From IMG/VR virus record IMGVR_UViG_3300045988_090087: 64,000 nucleotides of DNA, one strand, 5' to 3'. The translations under genes were made by a program, and so were the position numbers. The notes under the pieces were generated by a model. The model was not told the origin of the DNA. It did not search any database and worked only from the letters and a program-made list of their open reading frames with translations. Positions within the stretch are counted from its first letter, which is position 1, and every line of letters begins with the position of its first letter. The DNA is from a virus. Of this stretch, positions 1-9,302 are shown in pieces.

Positions 1-2
1 GG

Positions 3-1031
3 AAATCTAGCACTTCTGGAGTACATCTAACTACCTTTGAAGAATTTAAAAATCTTCCATATAAAAATATGAAAGAGAATTTTAAAGTATTTCACAATGG
101 CTCTTGGGTAGCTGGCAAAGTTATAGATTTACCTAATCGTCCTATGTATAAAGTTACCACTTATAATAATAAAGAGTTTATTATGACTGATAATCATATA
201 AATGTAACTTTACAAGGAGAAAAATCAACAGAACAGTTAACTATTAATGATTACTTATTATTCAATACTTCTAAGTTAAGTGCTATTCCAGATAATAATG
301 AACATTTAACTTACGCCCAAGGTTATGTAATTGGATCATTTTTAGGTGATGGCTCTTTTAGTTCTGAAATAAATGGAGTTATCTATGATATTAATTTATC
401 CCAAAATGAACAAAAATATAAACGTTCTAAATTTTATTGGAATCTCGCATTAAAACAAATGGGATATGAACCTAATGTGGTTTTAAAAGAAGTAGTAAAT
501 AATGTTTATCCATTAAGGGTATCTAATAAAAATTTAGTTGCTTTTATTCAAAAATGGACTAATTGGTATAGAGGAACTTATGCTCATAATAAGAAATTAA
601 ACATGAATTGTCTTCTTCAATCTGTAAAATTTAGAGAAGGTATACTACAAGGATGGTATGATACTGATGGGGGAAATTCTAACAGATGCTACACGACTTC
701 TCCTGAATTAGCAGAAAATATGGAAGCCTTAATAACTTCTTTAGGAATGCAAAGCATTATTAATATATCAGATAGAACAGATGAAGAAGTTATAATACGC
801 GGGGAACATTATAAAAGAAATTACCCATTATATTGTGTAAGATGGTATGAAGATGCAAATCATAGAGCTAATAAAGACAAGACACATAGTTGGATAAAAT
901 ATAATAATGGAATATACTTTAAAATAAAATCTATCGAACCATATGATTACAATGATAGAGTATATTGTATAGAATGTAAAAATGCTTCTGAACCATATTT
1001 TACATTACCAAGTGGATTAATTACTCATAAT
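3..1031 (+). mobile_element. Intein (C-terminal portion) with LAGLIDADG-type homing endonuclease domain, inserted in NrdD immediately before a Cys
   Basis: LAGLIDADG-like blocks (YVIGSFLGDGSF, LQGWYDTDGG) and C-terminal splicing motif ...GLITHN|C followed directly by NrdD extein CRLQN. Confidence 0.9.
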
Positions 1032-2045
1032 TGTCGTCTTCAAAATGCCGTACAAGAAAATACATTTAATACTACTAATGGTCAAATAGGTATAATGACT
1101 GGTAGTAAAAATGTTATTACTCTTGATTTAAATAGAATTATTCAGGATTGGCAGCATACTTGGTCTGATTATAAAGACCATATTGATGTTAACACCAATA
1201 GATGTTGTTTCCCAGTAGATTGGATTACACATAAAGACTTCCAAGAAGGAATTAAGAAATATATAGAAAATATTCTTGAAAGAGTTTATTTGTATCAGTA
1301 TGCTTATAACGACTTAATGCACTGGTGCAAAGATCATCATTTATATGCTGCTTATGATGCTGGTTTTATTAATCTTGATAAACAATATTTAACTATTGGA
1401 ATTAATGGCTTAAATCAGGCTGCTGAATACTTAGGAATGGAATGTAATAATAATATTTATTATAAGACATTCTGTAGATTGATATTCAGTACTATAAAAG
1501 AACAGAATAAGAAACATAAAACTAAAACAGCTCAATTTAATACTGAACAAGTACCCGCAGAAAGTGCTTCAGTAAAACTTTATAATAGAGATAAAGCTGA
1601 TGGTTATTGGATTCCTACAGACACTAATCTGTATGCTAGTTATATATTTAAACCTAATGATACACATATAAGTATACTTGATAAAATTATACTTCATAGT
1701 TCTGAATTCGCTGCTGATGAATTAGATGGAGGTTCTGCTTGTCATCTTAATTTATCTGAACATTTGAGTCAGAAACAATATGAGTATTTACTTAAATTTA
1801 TGGCTAAAGTAGGTTGTAAATATGCTACTTTTAATATTCCTAATTGTGAATGTGAAGAGTGTCATTTTATAGCAAAACAACCGTTTAGTAAATGTCCTAA
1901 ATGTGGTAGTACGCATGTAAGTCTATGGGATAGAATTATCGGCTATCTTACAAAGATTTCTAACTGGAGTGCTGCTAGACAACTAGAAGGTAGTACTAGA
2001 AGTAGAAAGAATGAATTAGAAATTAATATAGAATTAGCACAATGA
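3..2045 (+). CDS. nrdD: Anaerobic ribonucleoside-triphosphate reductase (NrdD), 3' part, containing the C-terminal part of an intein; 5'-truncated by window edge
   Basis: Frame is open to base 3. Extein part has CRLQNAVQENTF...GSKNVITLDLNRI, a zinc-ribbon CEECHF...CPKCGS and a C-terminal RIIGYL glycyl-radical motif. Stops at TGA 2043-2045. Confidence 0.9.
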   Translation, partial: KSSTSGVHLTTFEEFKNLPYKNMKENFKVFHNGSWVAGKVIDLPNRPMYKVTTYNNKEFIMTDNHINVTLQGEKSTEQLTINDYLLFNTSKLSAIPDNNEHLTYAQGYVIGSFLGDGSFSSEINGVIYDINLSQNEQKYKRSKFYWNLALKQMGYEPNVVLKEVVNNVYPLRVSNKNLVAFIQKWTNWYRGTYAHNKKLNMNCLLQSVKFREGILQGWYDTDGGNSNRCYTTSPELAENMEALITSLGMQSIINISDRTDEEVIIRGEHYKRNYPLYCVRWYEDANHRANKDKTHSWIKYNNGIYFKIKSIEPYDYNDRVYCIECKNASEPYFTLPSGLITHNCRLQNAVQENTFNTTNGQIGIMTGSKNVITLDLNRIIQDWQHTWSDYKDHIDVNTNRCCFPVDWITHKDFQEGIKKYIENILERVYLYQYAYNDLMHWCKDHHLYAAYDAGFINLDKQYLTIGINGLNQAAEYLGMECNNNIYYKTFCRLIFSTIKEQNKKHKTKTAQFNTEQVPAESASVKLYNRDKADGYWIPTDTNLYASYIFKPNDTHISILDKIILHSSEFAADELDGGSACHLNLSEHLSQKQYEYLLKFMAKVGCKYATFNIPNCECEECHFIAKQPFSKCPKCGSTHVSLWDRIIGYLTKISNWSAARQLEGSTRSRKNELEINIELAQ

Positions 2046-2305
2046 AAAGAATATTAAAATTTGAAGCAGAGTGGTGTGGACAATGTAAAGCTTTAGCACC
2101 TATTTTAAAAAGAGTATTAGAAAATCATACTGATATTACTTTAACTACAGTAGATATAGAGACAGAGGAAGAAACTACTCTTAAATATAATATTAGAAAT
2201 CTTCCAACTCTTGTATTTATAAAAGATAATATAGAAGTAGGAAGAACTTCTGGAGTTTTAACTGCTGATATGCTTGAGAATAAAATTAAAGAGCTCTATG
2301 CTTAA
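2042..2305 (+). CDS. Thioredoxin/glutaredoxin-like protein
   Basis: FEAEWCGQCKALAPIL active site (CxxC) and cis-Pro region NLPTLVFIKD. Confidence 0.85.
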   Translation: MKRILKFEAEWCGQCKALAPILKRVLENHTDITLTTVDIETEEETTLKYNIRNLPTLVFIKDNIEVGRTSGVLTADMLENKIKELYA

Positions 2306-2774
2306 ATATGTTGATACAGCTGTTACTTTTGCAGAATTTCCTAATGAAGTTTCTCTATGTATTAACATCAGTGGTTGCCCTTGTTTCTGCGATGGTTGCC
2401 ACTCACCTTATTTGTCAAAAGATATTGGAGAAGTACTATCATTGGAACGACTCCAAGGATTAATTGAATCTAATAAAGGAATTACATTAGTAGGATTTAT
2501 GGGAGGAGATTCTGATCCAAAAGAAATAAATAAATTAGCTAAATGGGTTAGAGAAAATTATCCCGAATTACATATTGGATGGTATAGTGGTAAACAAGAA
2601 TTAGCTGATAGTGTTATAGATATTGATAATTTTGATTATCTTAAACTTGGTCCTTATATGAAACAATTTGGACCATTAAATAATCCGAATACTAATCAAA
2701 AATTTTATAAGATAGATAGAAATGCCCATATAATGATATGGTGTACTGATATATTTTGGAAGGAGGCTGAATAA
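2298..2774 (+). CDS. nrdG: Anaerobic RNR activating protein, radical SAM (NrdG)
   Basis: CX3CX2C cluster in INISGCPCFCDGCHSPY, plus GFMGGD; start chosen at ATG 2298. Lies directly downstream of nrdD. Confidence 0.85.
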   Translation: MLKYVDTAVTFAEFPNEVSLCINISGCPCFCDGCHSPYLSKDIGEVLSLERLQGLIESNKGITLVGFMGGDSDPKEINKLAKWVRENYPELHIGWYSGKQELADSVIDIDNFDYLKLGPYMKQFGPLNNPNTNQKFYKIDRNAHIMIWCTDIFWKEAE

Positions 2775-2786
2775 GCCTCCTTTTTT
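2760..2786 (+). terminator. Intrinsic terminator overlapping the nrdG stop codon
   Basis: AAGGAGGCT-GAATA-AGCCTCCTT followed by a T run; 9-bp perfect stem. Confidence 0.75.
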
Positions 2787-2792
2787 AGTTTT

Positions 2793-2963
2793 ATGGAGTG
2801 TGCAATTTTAAATTACGGTGTAGGAAGTGTTGACTTAGCAACAGTTCCAGATGATATTAATGATGTAGAAGTTTATTTATGTGATGTTCTTGGTTACAGA
2901 GAAGATGAAATAGAATTTATGATTAAAGAAGGTAAAATTAATGTAGAAGATGATAGAGACTAA
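2793..2963 (+). CDS. Small hypothetical protein (56 aa)
   Basis: ATG...TAA ORF (MECAILNYGVGSVDLATVPDDINDVEVYLCDVLG...) below the length cutoff of the track; overlaps next ATG as in neighbouring genes. Confidence 0.55.
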   Translation: MECAILNYGVGSVDLATVPDDINDVEVYLCDVLGYREDEIEFMIKEGKINVEDDRD

Positions 2964-3345
2964 ACGAATAAATAATTTAGAATTTAAGGTCGCTACCTAT
3001 CTTTTAAAAAATCCTCCTGAAATTAAAGCCTACCATATAAATAGATATATGCCTAATTGTTATTATGGTCATGAGTCTGATTTTATAAAAATAGATAATG
3101 ATTGGTACAGAAGCCCAAACTTTTCCTGGCATAAAATACATAAAAGCTGCTTTAAAAATTCTGAAACTTGTTATGCTATAGCAAGTTTTGAGTATAATAA
3201 ACATGAAGGAGTTTATGAATTTATGTGGGTAGGTGAAAGACCTTTAGATTTAACAGAACAAGAAGAAAAAGATTTTAAAGAATTAATTATTTATGGTTTT
3301 AATAAGTTAAATCATGGAAGTGACGAAGGTGAGTCAGATTACTGA
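2950..3345 (+). CDS. Hypothetical protein
   Basis: 131-aa ORF, tight spacing with neighbours. Confidence 0.65.
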   Translation: MIETKRINNLEFKVATYLLKNPPEIKAYHINRYMPNCYYGHESDFIKIDNDWYRSPNFSWHKIHKSCFKNSETCYAIASFEYNKHEGVYEFMWVGERPLDLTEQEEKDFKELIIYGFNKLNHGSDEGESDY

Positions 3346-3529
3346 TGATCTTAAGAAATACACATATGGAGGCAAAGATTCCGACTATATAACTCTTACG
3401 GAATGGGCTAATGGAGAAGGATATGATATTGATATTAATGGTAAATTAATATCTTTATCTAATGATGAACTAGAAGCCATTAACTATTTAACACTAGTAA
3501 TGCGCTTCGAAAACAAAAATAATGGATGA
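3314..3529 (+). CDS. Hypothetical protein
   Basis: 71-aa ORF, overlaps neighbours slightly. Confidence 0.55.
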   Translation: MEVTKVSQITDDLKKYTYGGKDSDYITLTEWANGEGYDIDINGKLISLSNDELEAINYLTLVMRFENKNNG

Positions 3530-3698
3530 CATAATTGTGTTAGATTATTTCAATGGTAAAGTTTATATTTATACCTTACCTAGATTACAAATGTATGATA
3601 GTGAGATAGAAGATTGGTTAGATTCTATGAGTTTTGATCTAAGCAATATAAACTGGATGGTTAATAAAAATATCACGATTAATGATGAAAGAAAATAA
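3522..3698 (+). CDS. Small hypothetical protein (58 aa)
   Basis: ORF MDDIIVLDYFNGKVYIYTLPRLQMYDSEIEDWLDSM... fills the gap between two CDSs. Confidence 0.5.
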   Translation: MDDIIVLDYFNGKVYIYTLPRLQMYDSEIEDWLDSMSFDLSNINWMVNKNITINDERK

Positions 3699-4122
3699 GA
3701 CAGAATTAGAACAGAATATTGACGAGATTATTGAAAGCTCTAGAAAAATTTCTAATATTTTTACTTTGGAAACTGCTAGATTGATTAAGGCTGCACTAGT
3801 TAATAATAAGCACTCTGAAAAGCCTGTTTCCGAATTAGAAGTTCTTCAGAAAATGGCTAAAGAGCGTGAAAAGTCTATAGTTCTCTACACAAATGCAGGT
3901 CGTCAGGACTTAGCTCGTTTAGAGTCTAAAGAACTTGATTGTATTAAAGAGATGATGCCTAAAGAACCTTCAGAGAAGGAGATTGAAGAACTTATTGCTG
4001 AATTAATGGAAGCAACAACTCTTACTATTAAAGATACTAAAGGTGTTATTGCAGATGTTCAAAGTAGATTCCCTACTGCTCAGAAGAGTACTATTGTTAA
4101 AATATTTAAATCTTTACTGTAA
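3682..4122 (+). CDS. GatB/YqeY domain protein
   Basis: KMAKEREKSIVLYTNAGRQDLARLESKELDCIKEMMP and KDTKGVIADVQSRFP match the YqeY pattern. Confidence 0.75.
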   Translation: MMKENKTELEQNIDEIIESSRKISNIFTLETARLIKAALVNNKHSEKPVSELEVLQKMAKEREKSIVLYTNAGRQDLARLESKELDCIKEMMPKEPSEKEIEELIAELMEATTLTIKDTKGVIADVQSRFPTAQKSTIVKIFKSLL

Positions 4123-4436
4123 TGAAGTTATACGGAAAATTGGATGAAGAGGCTATTACTGACATATCTTGTAATTTGAAAGCTTTTGAAGAGTATGATG
4201 ATGTTTATTATACTACTAAAGAAGCTGTATCAATGTATGATGTTTACGTACCTTTTGAAGAAAACTTAGATGCAGATTGGCTTCCTTATAATTGTACTAT
4301 CGTAGAATATGATATATTTTTCAAAGATGGTGAATACTATTATGAAGGAGAGGAGCCTGATGATTCAGTAAGAGGCGAACGAACATTTGAATATAAAGAA
4401 GGTAAGTTAGTAAAACAGGGGTTTAAGCCATATTAA
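4122..4436 (+). CDS. Hypothetical acidic protein
   Basis: 104-aa ORF abutting upstream stop. Confidence 0.6.
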   Translation: MKLYGKLDEEAITDISCNLKAFEEYDDVYYTTKEAVSMYDVYVPFEENLDADWLPYNCTIVEYDIFFKDGEYYYEGEEPDDSVRGERTFEYKEGKLVKQGFKPY

Positions 4437-4437
4437 T

Positions 4438-4767
4438 ATGTATTTTATATATAAGAAACAAATAAATGTAGCTAGTGAATATAGCTATAATGTAGACTCT
4501 ATAGTTGAATGGTTTAAAGATTATATCGATCAAGATGATATTATAGAGGCACATGGAGGAGTAGAAGAAGTTACTGCTAAAGATATAGTAGACGATATTT
4601 TCTGTGAATCCGATTTTTGGTATGATGATTTTATACAAAATTTTGATATAGAATCAGATGTTATAGAGAATATGTATCCTGAAGATATTGCTGAACAGCT
4701 AAAAGAAATAGTAGGAGATAAATTAATAGATTACTATACTAAGCGTTTAAAAGAACTTCAAAAATGA
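4438..4767 (+). CDS. Hypothetical protein
   Basis: 109-aa ORF. Confidence 0.6.
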   Translation: MYFIYKKQINVASEYSYNVDSIVEWFKDYIDQDDIIEAHGGVEEVTAKDIVDDIFCESDFWYDDFIQNFDIESDVIENMYPEDIAEQLKEIVGDKLIDYYTKRLKELQK

Positions 4768-5051
4768 TAAATTTAATATGGAGTGAAATTCGACAAGTAT
4801 CTGTTGAAGAAGATACCCTTTACTCAGCTTTACTTTACATATATCGCACCTATATAGGAAGTGAAGACGATAGCATAAACGAGATTATTGAAGGCATTCA
4901 AGACAATATAGAAAATTATATAGAAGAATTAATTGAAGAAGCTTCCCCTTATGATTATTCTAATGGAGATATAGATTGCGAAGATATTACAGAATTAGTT
5001 ACTGGAGATAAGTTTTTAGAAAAATTTAAAGAATGGTATTTGAATGAGTGA
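4764..5051 (+). CDS. Hypothetical protein
   Basis: 95-aa ORF, ATGA overlap with upstream gene. Confidence 0.6.
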   Translation: MINLIWSEIRQVSVEEDTLYSALLYIYRTYIGSEDDSINEIIEGIQDNIENYIEELIEEASPYDYSNGDIDCEDITELVTGDKFLEKFKEWYLNE

Positions 5052-5751
5052 AATATTAATTTTAGGGGATATTCACGGTCGTAGTTTTTGGAAAGAACCA
5101 TGCAATAATTGGACAGGTAAAATTATATTCTTAGGGGATTATCACGACCCTTATGGAGAATATATAGTAGAAGAACCTGATAAAGTAGAATCTTTAACTA
5201 ATCTTAAAGAATTAGTTGCTTTTGTAGAGAATAGACGTAAGATTTCTGATGTTATATGCCTATTAGGTAATCATGAGCTTCCATATTTCAATGGAAATGG
5301 TAAATGCAGATTTGATTATTGGGAACAAAAAGAAGTAAAAGAGTTAATTAGCAGTTTAAATCCTCAATTATATTACATATATGAAGATTTAACTACTAAA
5401 GAGCCTCATAAATATTTATTCTCTCATGCAGGTATTACTAAAGATTGGATAGACTATAATAATCTAGAATTAAAAGACTTAAATAATATAGATATAACTA
5501 ATCTTAGTGCTCTTGATCATATCCCTTATTCTAGAGGAGGGTATAATAAATATGGCTCTTGTGTCTGGAATGATTTAGAAGATTTTCAACTGCAAACTCC
5601 ATATAAAGGTTATTATCAAATATTTGGGCACTCTTGGGGAGGAAGAATTGAACCTGTAATCACAGATAAATATGCAATGCTAGATTGTTGTAAACCATTT
5701 GTGTTAGATACTGAAAATAATGAATTAAAAGAATGGAAATTAAATTCATAG
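5044..5751 (+). CDS. Calcineurin-like metallophosphoesterase
   Basis: ILGDIHGR, FLGDYHD, LLGNHE, FSHAG, FGHSWGG; ends in TAG. Confidence 0.85.
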   Translation: MSEILILGDIHGRSFWKEPCNNWTGKIIFLGDYHDPYGEYIVEEPDKVESLTNLKELVAFVENRRKISDVICLLGNHELPYFNGNGKCRFDYWEQKEVKELISSLNPQLYYIYEDLTTKEPHKYLFSHAGITKDWIDYNNLELKDLNNIDITNLSALDHIPYSRGGYNKYGSCVWNDLEDFQLQTPYKGYYQIFGHSWGGRIEPVITDKYAMLDCCKPFVLDTENNELKEWKLNS

Positions 5752-5981
5752 GAACTTTAAAGATAGATACTTCTGAATATTGGGATTGGATTAGAAGTTT
5801 ATTCCCTCCAACATTATCTAATGTAGAAGTATTTAATAAATGGATGCCAGAAGCTCGCATTTATACTTATAGATTTTTAAAATTACGGGGTTATAAAAAT
5901 AATAACCCCTCAGATTCTGGTCTAAGAGAAGTTATAGACTATATAGCACAATATATAACTAAATTATCTTTAGAATCATGA
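5733..5981 (+). CDS. Hypothetical protein
   Basis: 82-aa ORF. Confidence 0.5.
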   Translation: MEIKFIGTLKIDTSEYWDWIRSLFPPTLSNVEVFNKWMPEARIYTYRFLKLRGYKNNNPSDSGLREVIDYIAQYITKLSLES

Positions 5982-6247
5982 AAATTTCATATCAATATCT
6001 CACAACAGATGAATTAGATGTAAGTATTAAAGATATATTTGATTATATAAAATTCTTACATACTGATTCTGATATGTCTATTAAGTCCACTTTATCTTAT
6101 GTGGAAGAGTGGCAATTAAATAAAGAAGAAATTATTCAAGCTTTATATGGGACTCTGGTATATAACGATGTTAGTCCGTCTTTTTATAGAACAATAGAAG
6201 AAAAGTTAATACCTTATTTAAGACGTGCTGATGGAGAACCCTCTTAG
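5978..6247 (+). CDS. Hypothetical protein
   Basis: 89-aa ORF ending in TAG. Confidence 0.5.
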   Translation: MKISYQYLTTDELDVSIKDIFDYIKFLHTDSDMSIKSTLSYVEEWQLNKEEIIQALYGTLVYNDVSPSFYRTIEEKLIPYLRRADGEPS

Positions 6248-6641
6248 AACATGGTGGAAGGTTAGGAAATGGTTTAGAATTCCTAAACCTTCCATTTATT
6301 TTGGACCCATAATATCAGGATTACCTTGTAGACTTCCTAATAAATGGATTGAGTTACATAGTTATGACGTTACTTGGAAAGATAAATATGGTAATCCTAA
6401 CTTTGAATTTGTTCCTCAAATAAATTTAGAATTATTTAAGAAATATCAATTATTATTAACTTTTCAAACTGATAATAATGATGTATATTGGGAGACAATC
6501 TTAGATATAATTTATTATAATAAGTCTCTTAAAGAAGCTATAAATAAAAATACTTGGGAGAATTGTAATAAAGAAAAAATAAACGCTTTTACTGAGGGAT
6601 TTCTTACTCCTAAAGGAGGAAGAGTATATTTATATGAGTAA
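6231..6641 (+). CDS. Hypothetical protein
   Basis: ORF from ATG 6231 (MENPLRTWWKVRKWFRIPKPS...). Confidence 0.6.
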   Translation: MENPLRTWWKVRKWFRIPKPSIYFGPIISGLPCRLPNKWIELHSYDVTWKDKYGNPNFEFVPQINLELFKKYQLLLTFQTDNNDVYWETILDIIYYNKSLKEAINKNTWENCNKEKINAFTEGFLTPKGGRVYLYE

Positions 6642-8103
6642 TGAATTAATTTATATAGATAATTTCGATGGGTCTCCAGAAAGACCTAGTATGATAGATA
6701 ATCCTTTTGTAAAAGGAAATAATTGGTTAAGATTTATCGAAGAAGAGAAACAGATAACATTAGGAGAAGAGCAATTACAAGTATTGCACGATATAATTGA
6801 TATTATATTAGATAATTTCAAACAAAAAGACTTTTTAAATCCTATCAATTTAGGAGGCGCTGCTGGTTGTGGCAAGTCGCTTTGCACTAGCTTCCTTTTA
6901 GAGTGGATAAACACTAAAGGATTCCCTGTAAAATTATGTGCTCCTACTCATAAAGCAGCTTTAGTACTTAAAAAGTATAATGATTATGATGCAACTACTC
7001 TTCATAGTATGTTAGCGTTATCTCCTAAAGTAGATATTCTTAAACTGGACATCAGAGAATTAAGATTCTTTGCTACTAATGATAAAAAAATGTCTATACC
7101 ATATGATGGAATTGTCATTTGCGATGAAGCATCTATGGTAAGTAGTGATTTATATGATTTATTAGTAGAAAAATGTAGCTTAATGGGCACTATGATTATC
7201 TTTTGTGATGATTATGCTCAGTTAAATCCAGTAAAAGAAGATGAACAATCAAAAGTCTTTAGATGTAAACATCAATTTAGATTGACTAAAATATACAGAC
7301 AATCTGAAAAAAGTGGTCTTAAAGGCATTTTACAGACACTTAGAGAGTCTCCAATACAACAGTGGGACAACTGTGAAGGTGAAGATGGAAGTCTCTTTAT
7401 AGAGTCTAAATTAGAAAATTTTTGCAGAAAAGCAGTTTCGGAATTTAAACACGAAATAGAAGCTAAGGATATATTACATACTAAAATTCTAGCTTATACT
7501 AATGCTCGTGTAAATAACTATAATAAAGCTATTCATAAACTTTTATGGAATGATAATAATTTTCTTCATAAAGGAGAAATTTTAATGGCTTATGAGAATT
7601 TCAAAAAAGATGGTTATGAAGTAACTAATTCTATGGATTACATAGTGGAAGAATTTACTTCTACTATTATTGATGTTCCATATTATACTAAGTGTAAAGG
7701 ATATATAGTTAAACTATATGACGAATATAACAATGCCTCTTTTGAAATTCCACTATTAGCTCCAGAAGAATGTAATGAAGATTTAGCTATAGTTATAGAA
7801 ACTATAAGAACTGAAGCAATAAATTCTCAAGGATACGATAGAAAAAAGAAGTGGGGAATATATTATGCTTTAATGGGAAGTTTTTGCACATCTAAAGATT
7901 TATTTACTGATGGCAGATGTATAAGAAAAGCTACTTTTAAATATGGGTATGCTATTACTACTCATCGTTCTCAAGGGTCTTCTTATGATAATGTATTTAT
8001 AGATATGAAAGATATCTTTAGAGCTAAAGATAAAGAGACTCTTAGACAATTACAATATGTAAGTATGTCTAGAACTAGAAGTGATATAACTATGCTATTA
8101 TGA
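6634..8103 (+). CDS. SF1 DNA helicase (Dda/RecD-like)
   Basis: Walker A GGAAGCGKS, APTHKAALVL, Walker B ICDEASMV, FCDDYAQLNPV, and C-terminal YAITTHRSQGSSYDNVFID. Confidence 0.9.
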   Translation: MSNELIYIDNFDGSPERPSMIDNPFVKGNNWLRFIEEEKQITLGEEQLQVLHDIIDIILDNFKQKDFLNPINLGGAAGCGKSLCTSFLLEWINTKGFPVKLCAPTHKAALVLKKYNDYDATTLHSMLALSPKVDILKLDIRELRFFATNDKKMSIPYDGIVICDEASMVSSDLYDLLVEKCSLMGTMIIFCDDYAQLNPVKEDEQSKVFRCKHQFRLTKIYRQSEKSGLKGILQTLRESPIQQWDNCEGEDGSLFIESKLENFCRKAVSEFKHEIEAKDILHTKILAYTNARVNNYNKAIHKLLWNDNNFLHKGEILMAYENFKKDGYEVTNSMDYIVEEFTSTIIDVPYYTKCKGYIVKLYDEYNNASFEIPLLAPEECNEDLAIVIETIRTEAINSQGYDRKKKWGIYYALMGSFCTSKDLFTDGRCIRKATFKYGYAITTHRSQGSSYDNVFIDMKDIFRAKDKETLRQLQYVSMSRTRSDITMLL

Positions 8104-8369
8104 TTGATGTATTATTGATTCATAATAATCCGGCATTAGTAGAATTGTTTAAAAACTCCTATAATGGAGAAGCTTTTTTACAATTCTTAGATAGAGGTTC
8201 TAAAGTAGAGCGTAGTAAAGCTTATAAGATACAGCAAGAATGGGGTAGTAATCAAACCCCATTTGCATTAGTGAAAAAAGATGATAAGGTTATTAAAGCC
8301 TTTTATGCAGAAGATAAAGACAATGTAATTTCTAAATTAATATCTTATTTAAATGAGCACAACTATTAA
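8100..8369 (+). CDS. Hypothetical protein, possibly thioredoxin-like
   Basis: 89-aa ORF, ATGA overlap; TPFALVKKDDKVIKAFYAED resembles the C-terminal half of a thioredoxin-like fold. Confidence 0.45.
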   Translation: MIDVLLIHNNPALVELFKNSYNGEAFLQFLDRGSKVERSKAYKIQQEWGSNQTPFALVKKDDKVIKAFYAEDKDNVISKLISYLNEHNY

Positions 8370-8847
8370 TATTCCAGTAATTAATAAATCTAGTAATAAC
8401 CTTCCTGAGTATGCACATAAAGGTGATGCAGGTTTTGATCTCAGAGCTAATGTAGAAGAAATTGAAAATAGTAATTATTTGTTTAATGCTATTAAGCTTA
8501 ATGATACTACAATAATTCTTAATCCTGGAGGTAGAGTACTTATTCCAACAGGTTTATATATGGCAATTCCTGAAGGTTATGAACTTCAGATTCGTCCTCG
8601 TAGTGGTTTGGCTTTGAAGCATGGCATTACCGTATTGAATACTCCAGGAACAATTGATGCAATTTATAGAGGTAATATTGGAGTTATTCTTAAGAATGAT
8701 GGTACTGAACCTTTTATAATTGAACAAGGGGATAGAATTGCCCAGGGAGTGCTCAATAAAGTAGAAGAAGCTAATCTTATAGAGACAGATTCTTTGGATG
8801 AAACAGATAGATCTGATAGTGGTTATGGTAAATCCGGAGTAAAGTGA
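8353..8847 (+). CDS. dut: dUTP diphosphatase (trimeric dUTPase)
   Basis: GDAGFDLRA, RPRSGLALKHGITVLNTPGTIDAIYRGNIGV, GDRIAQGV, DRSDSGYGKSG. Confidence 0.95.
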   Translation: MSTTINIPVINKSSNNLPEYAHKGDAGFDLRANVEEIENSNYLFNAIKLNDTTIILNPGGRVLIPTGLYMAIPEGYELQIRPRSGLALKHGITVLNTPGTIDAIYRGNIGVILKNDGTEPFIIEQGDRIAQGVLNKVEEANLIETDSLDETDRSDSGYGKSGVK

Positions 8848-9302
8848 TAAGTAAAGAATCTTTTTTAAAGAAATTAAGAGTATTAGGCAAGCAATACGCT
8901 AGTAAAACAATACTAGATTCAGAAAATCATCAAGATGCTGTAGAAGCTGTAGTATCAGACTATTTACAAGGAGCAGAAGATTCTTATGATACTTTCAGAA
9001 CTTATGATAAGGAAAGATTTTGTGATTCTTTACGTAATATTTTAAATTATTATAAGAAATTAGAGGAGCTTGAGGATGTTTTAAATTGTGTATTAAGAGA
9101 ATCTCCTATAGGGGAATCTACAACATTTATTATAACTGATTTAGTAAGAGCTTTAGCTAATAATGATGTTGAAACTATAAATGATATAGAATGGTGGTTA
9201 TATGAAGATGTAGAAAAAGAGTGGATTATAGATAATGAAATTGTAAAAGTGGAAACACCAGAACAACTTTATGATGCTTTAAAGAAATTGAATCGTGTCT
9301 GA
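8844..9302 (+). CDS. Hypothetical protein
   Basis: 152-aa ORF. Confidence 0.6.
   Translation: MISKESFLKKLRVLGKQYASKTILDSENHQDAVEAVVSDYLQGAEDSYDTFRTYDKERFCDSLRNILNYYKKLEELEDVLNCVLRESPIGESTTFIITDLVRALANNDVETINDIEWWLYEDVEKEWIIDNEIVKVETPEQLYDALKKLNRV

Noticed and set aside
3004-3204. Antisense ORFs in the early region (also 4423-4638, 5660-5860, 6651-6914, 7002-7190, 12882-13091)
   Set aside because: Each is opposite a well-supported + strand CDS, short, and has no recognisable motif.
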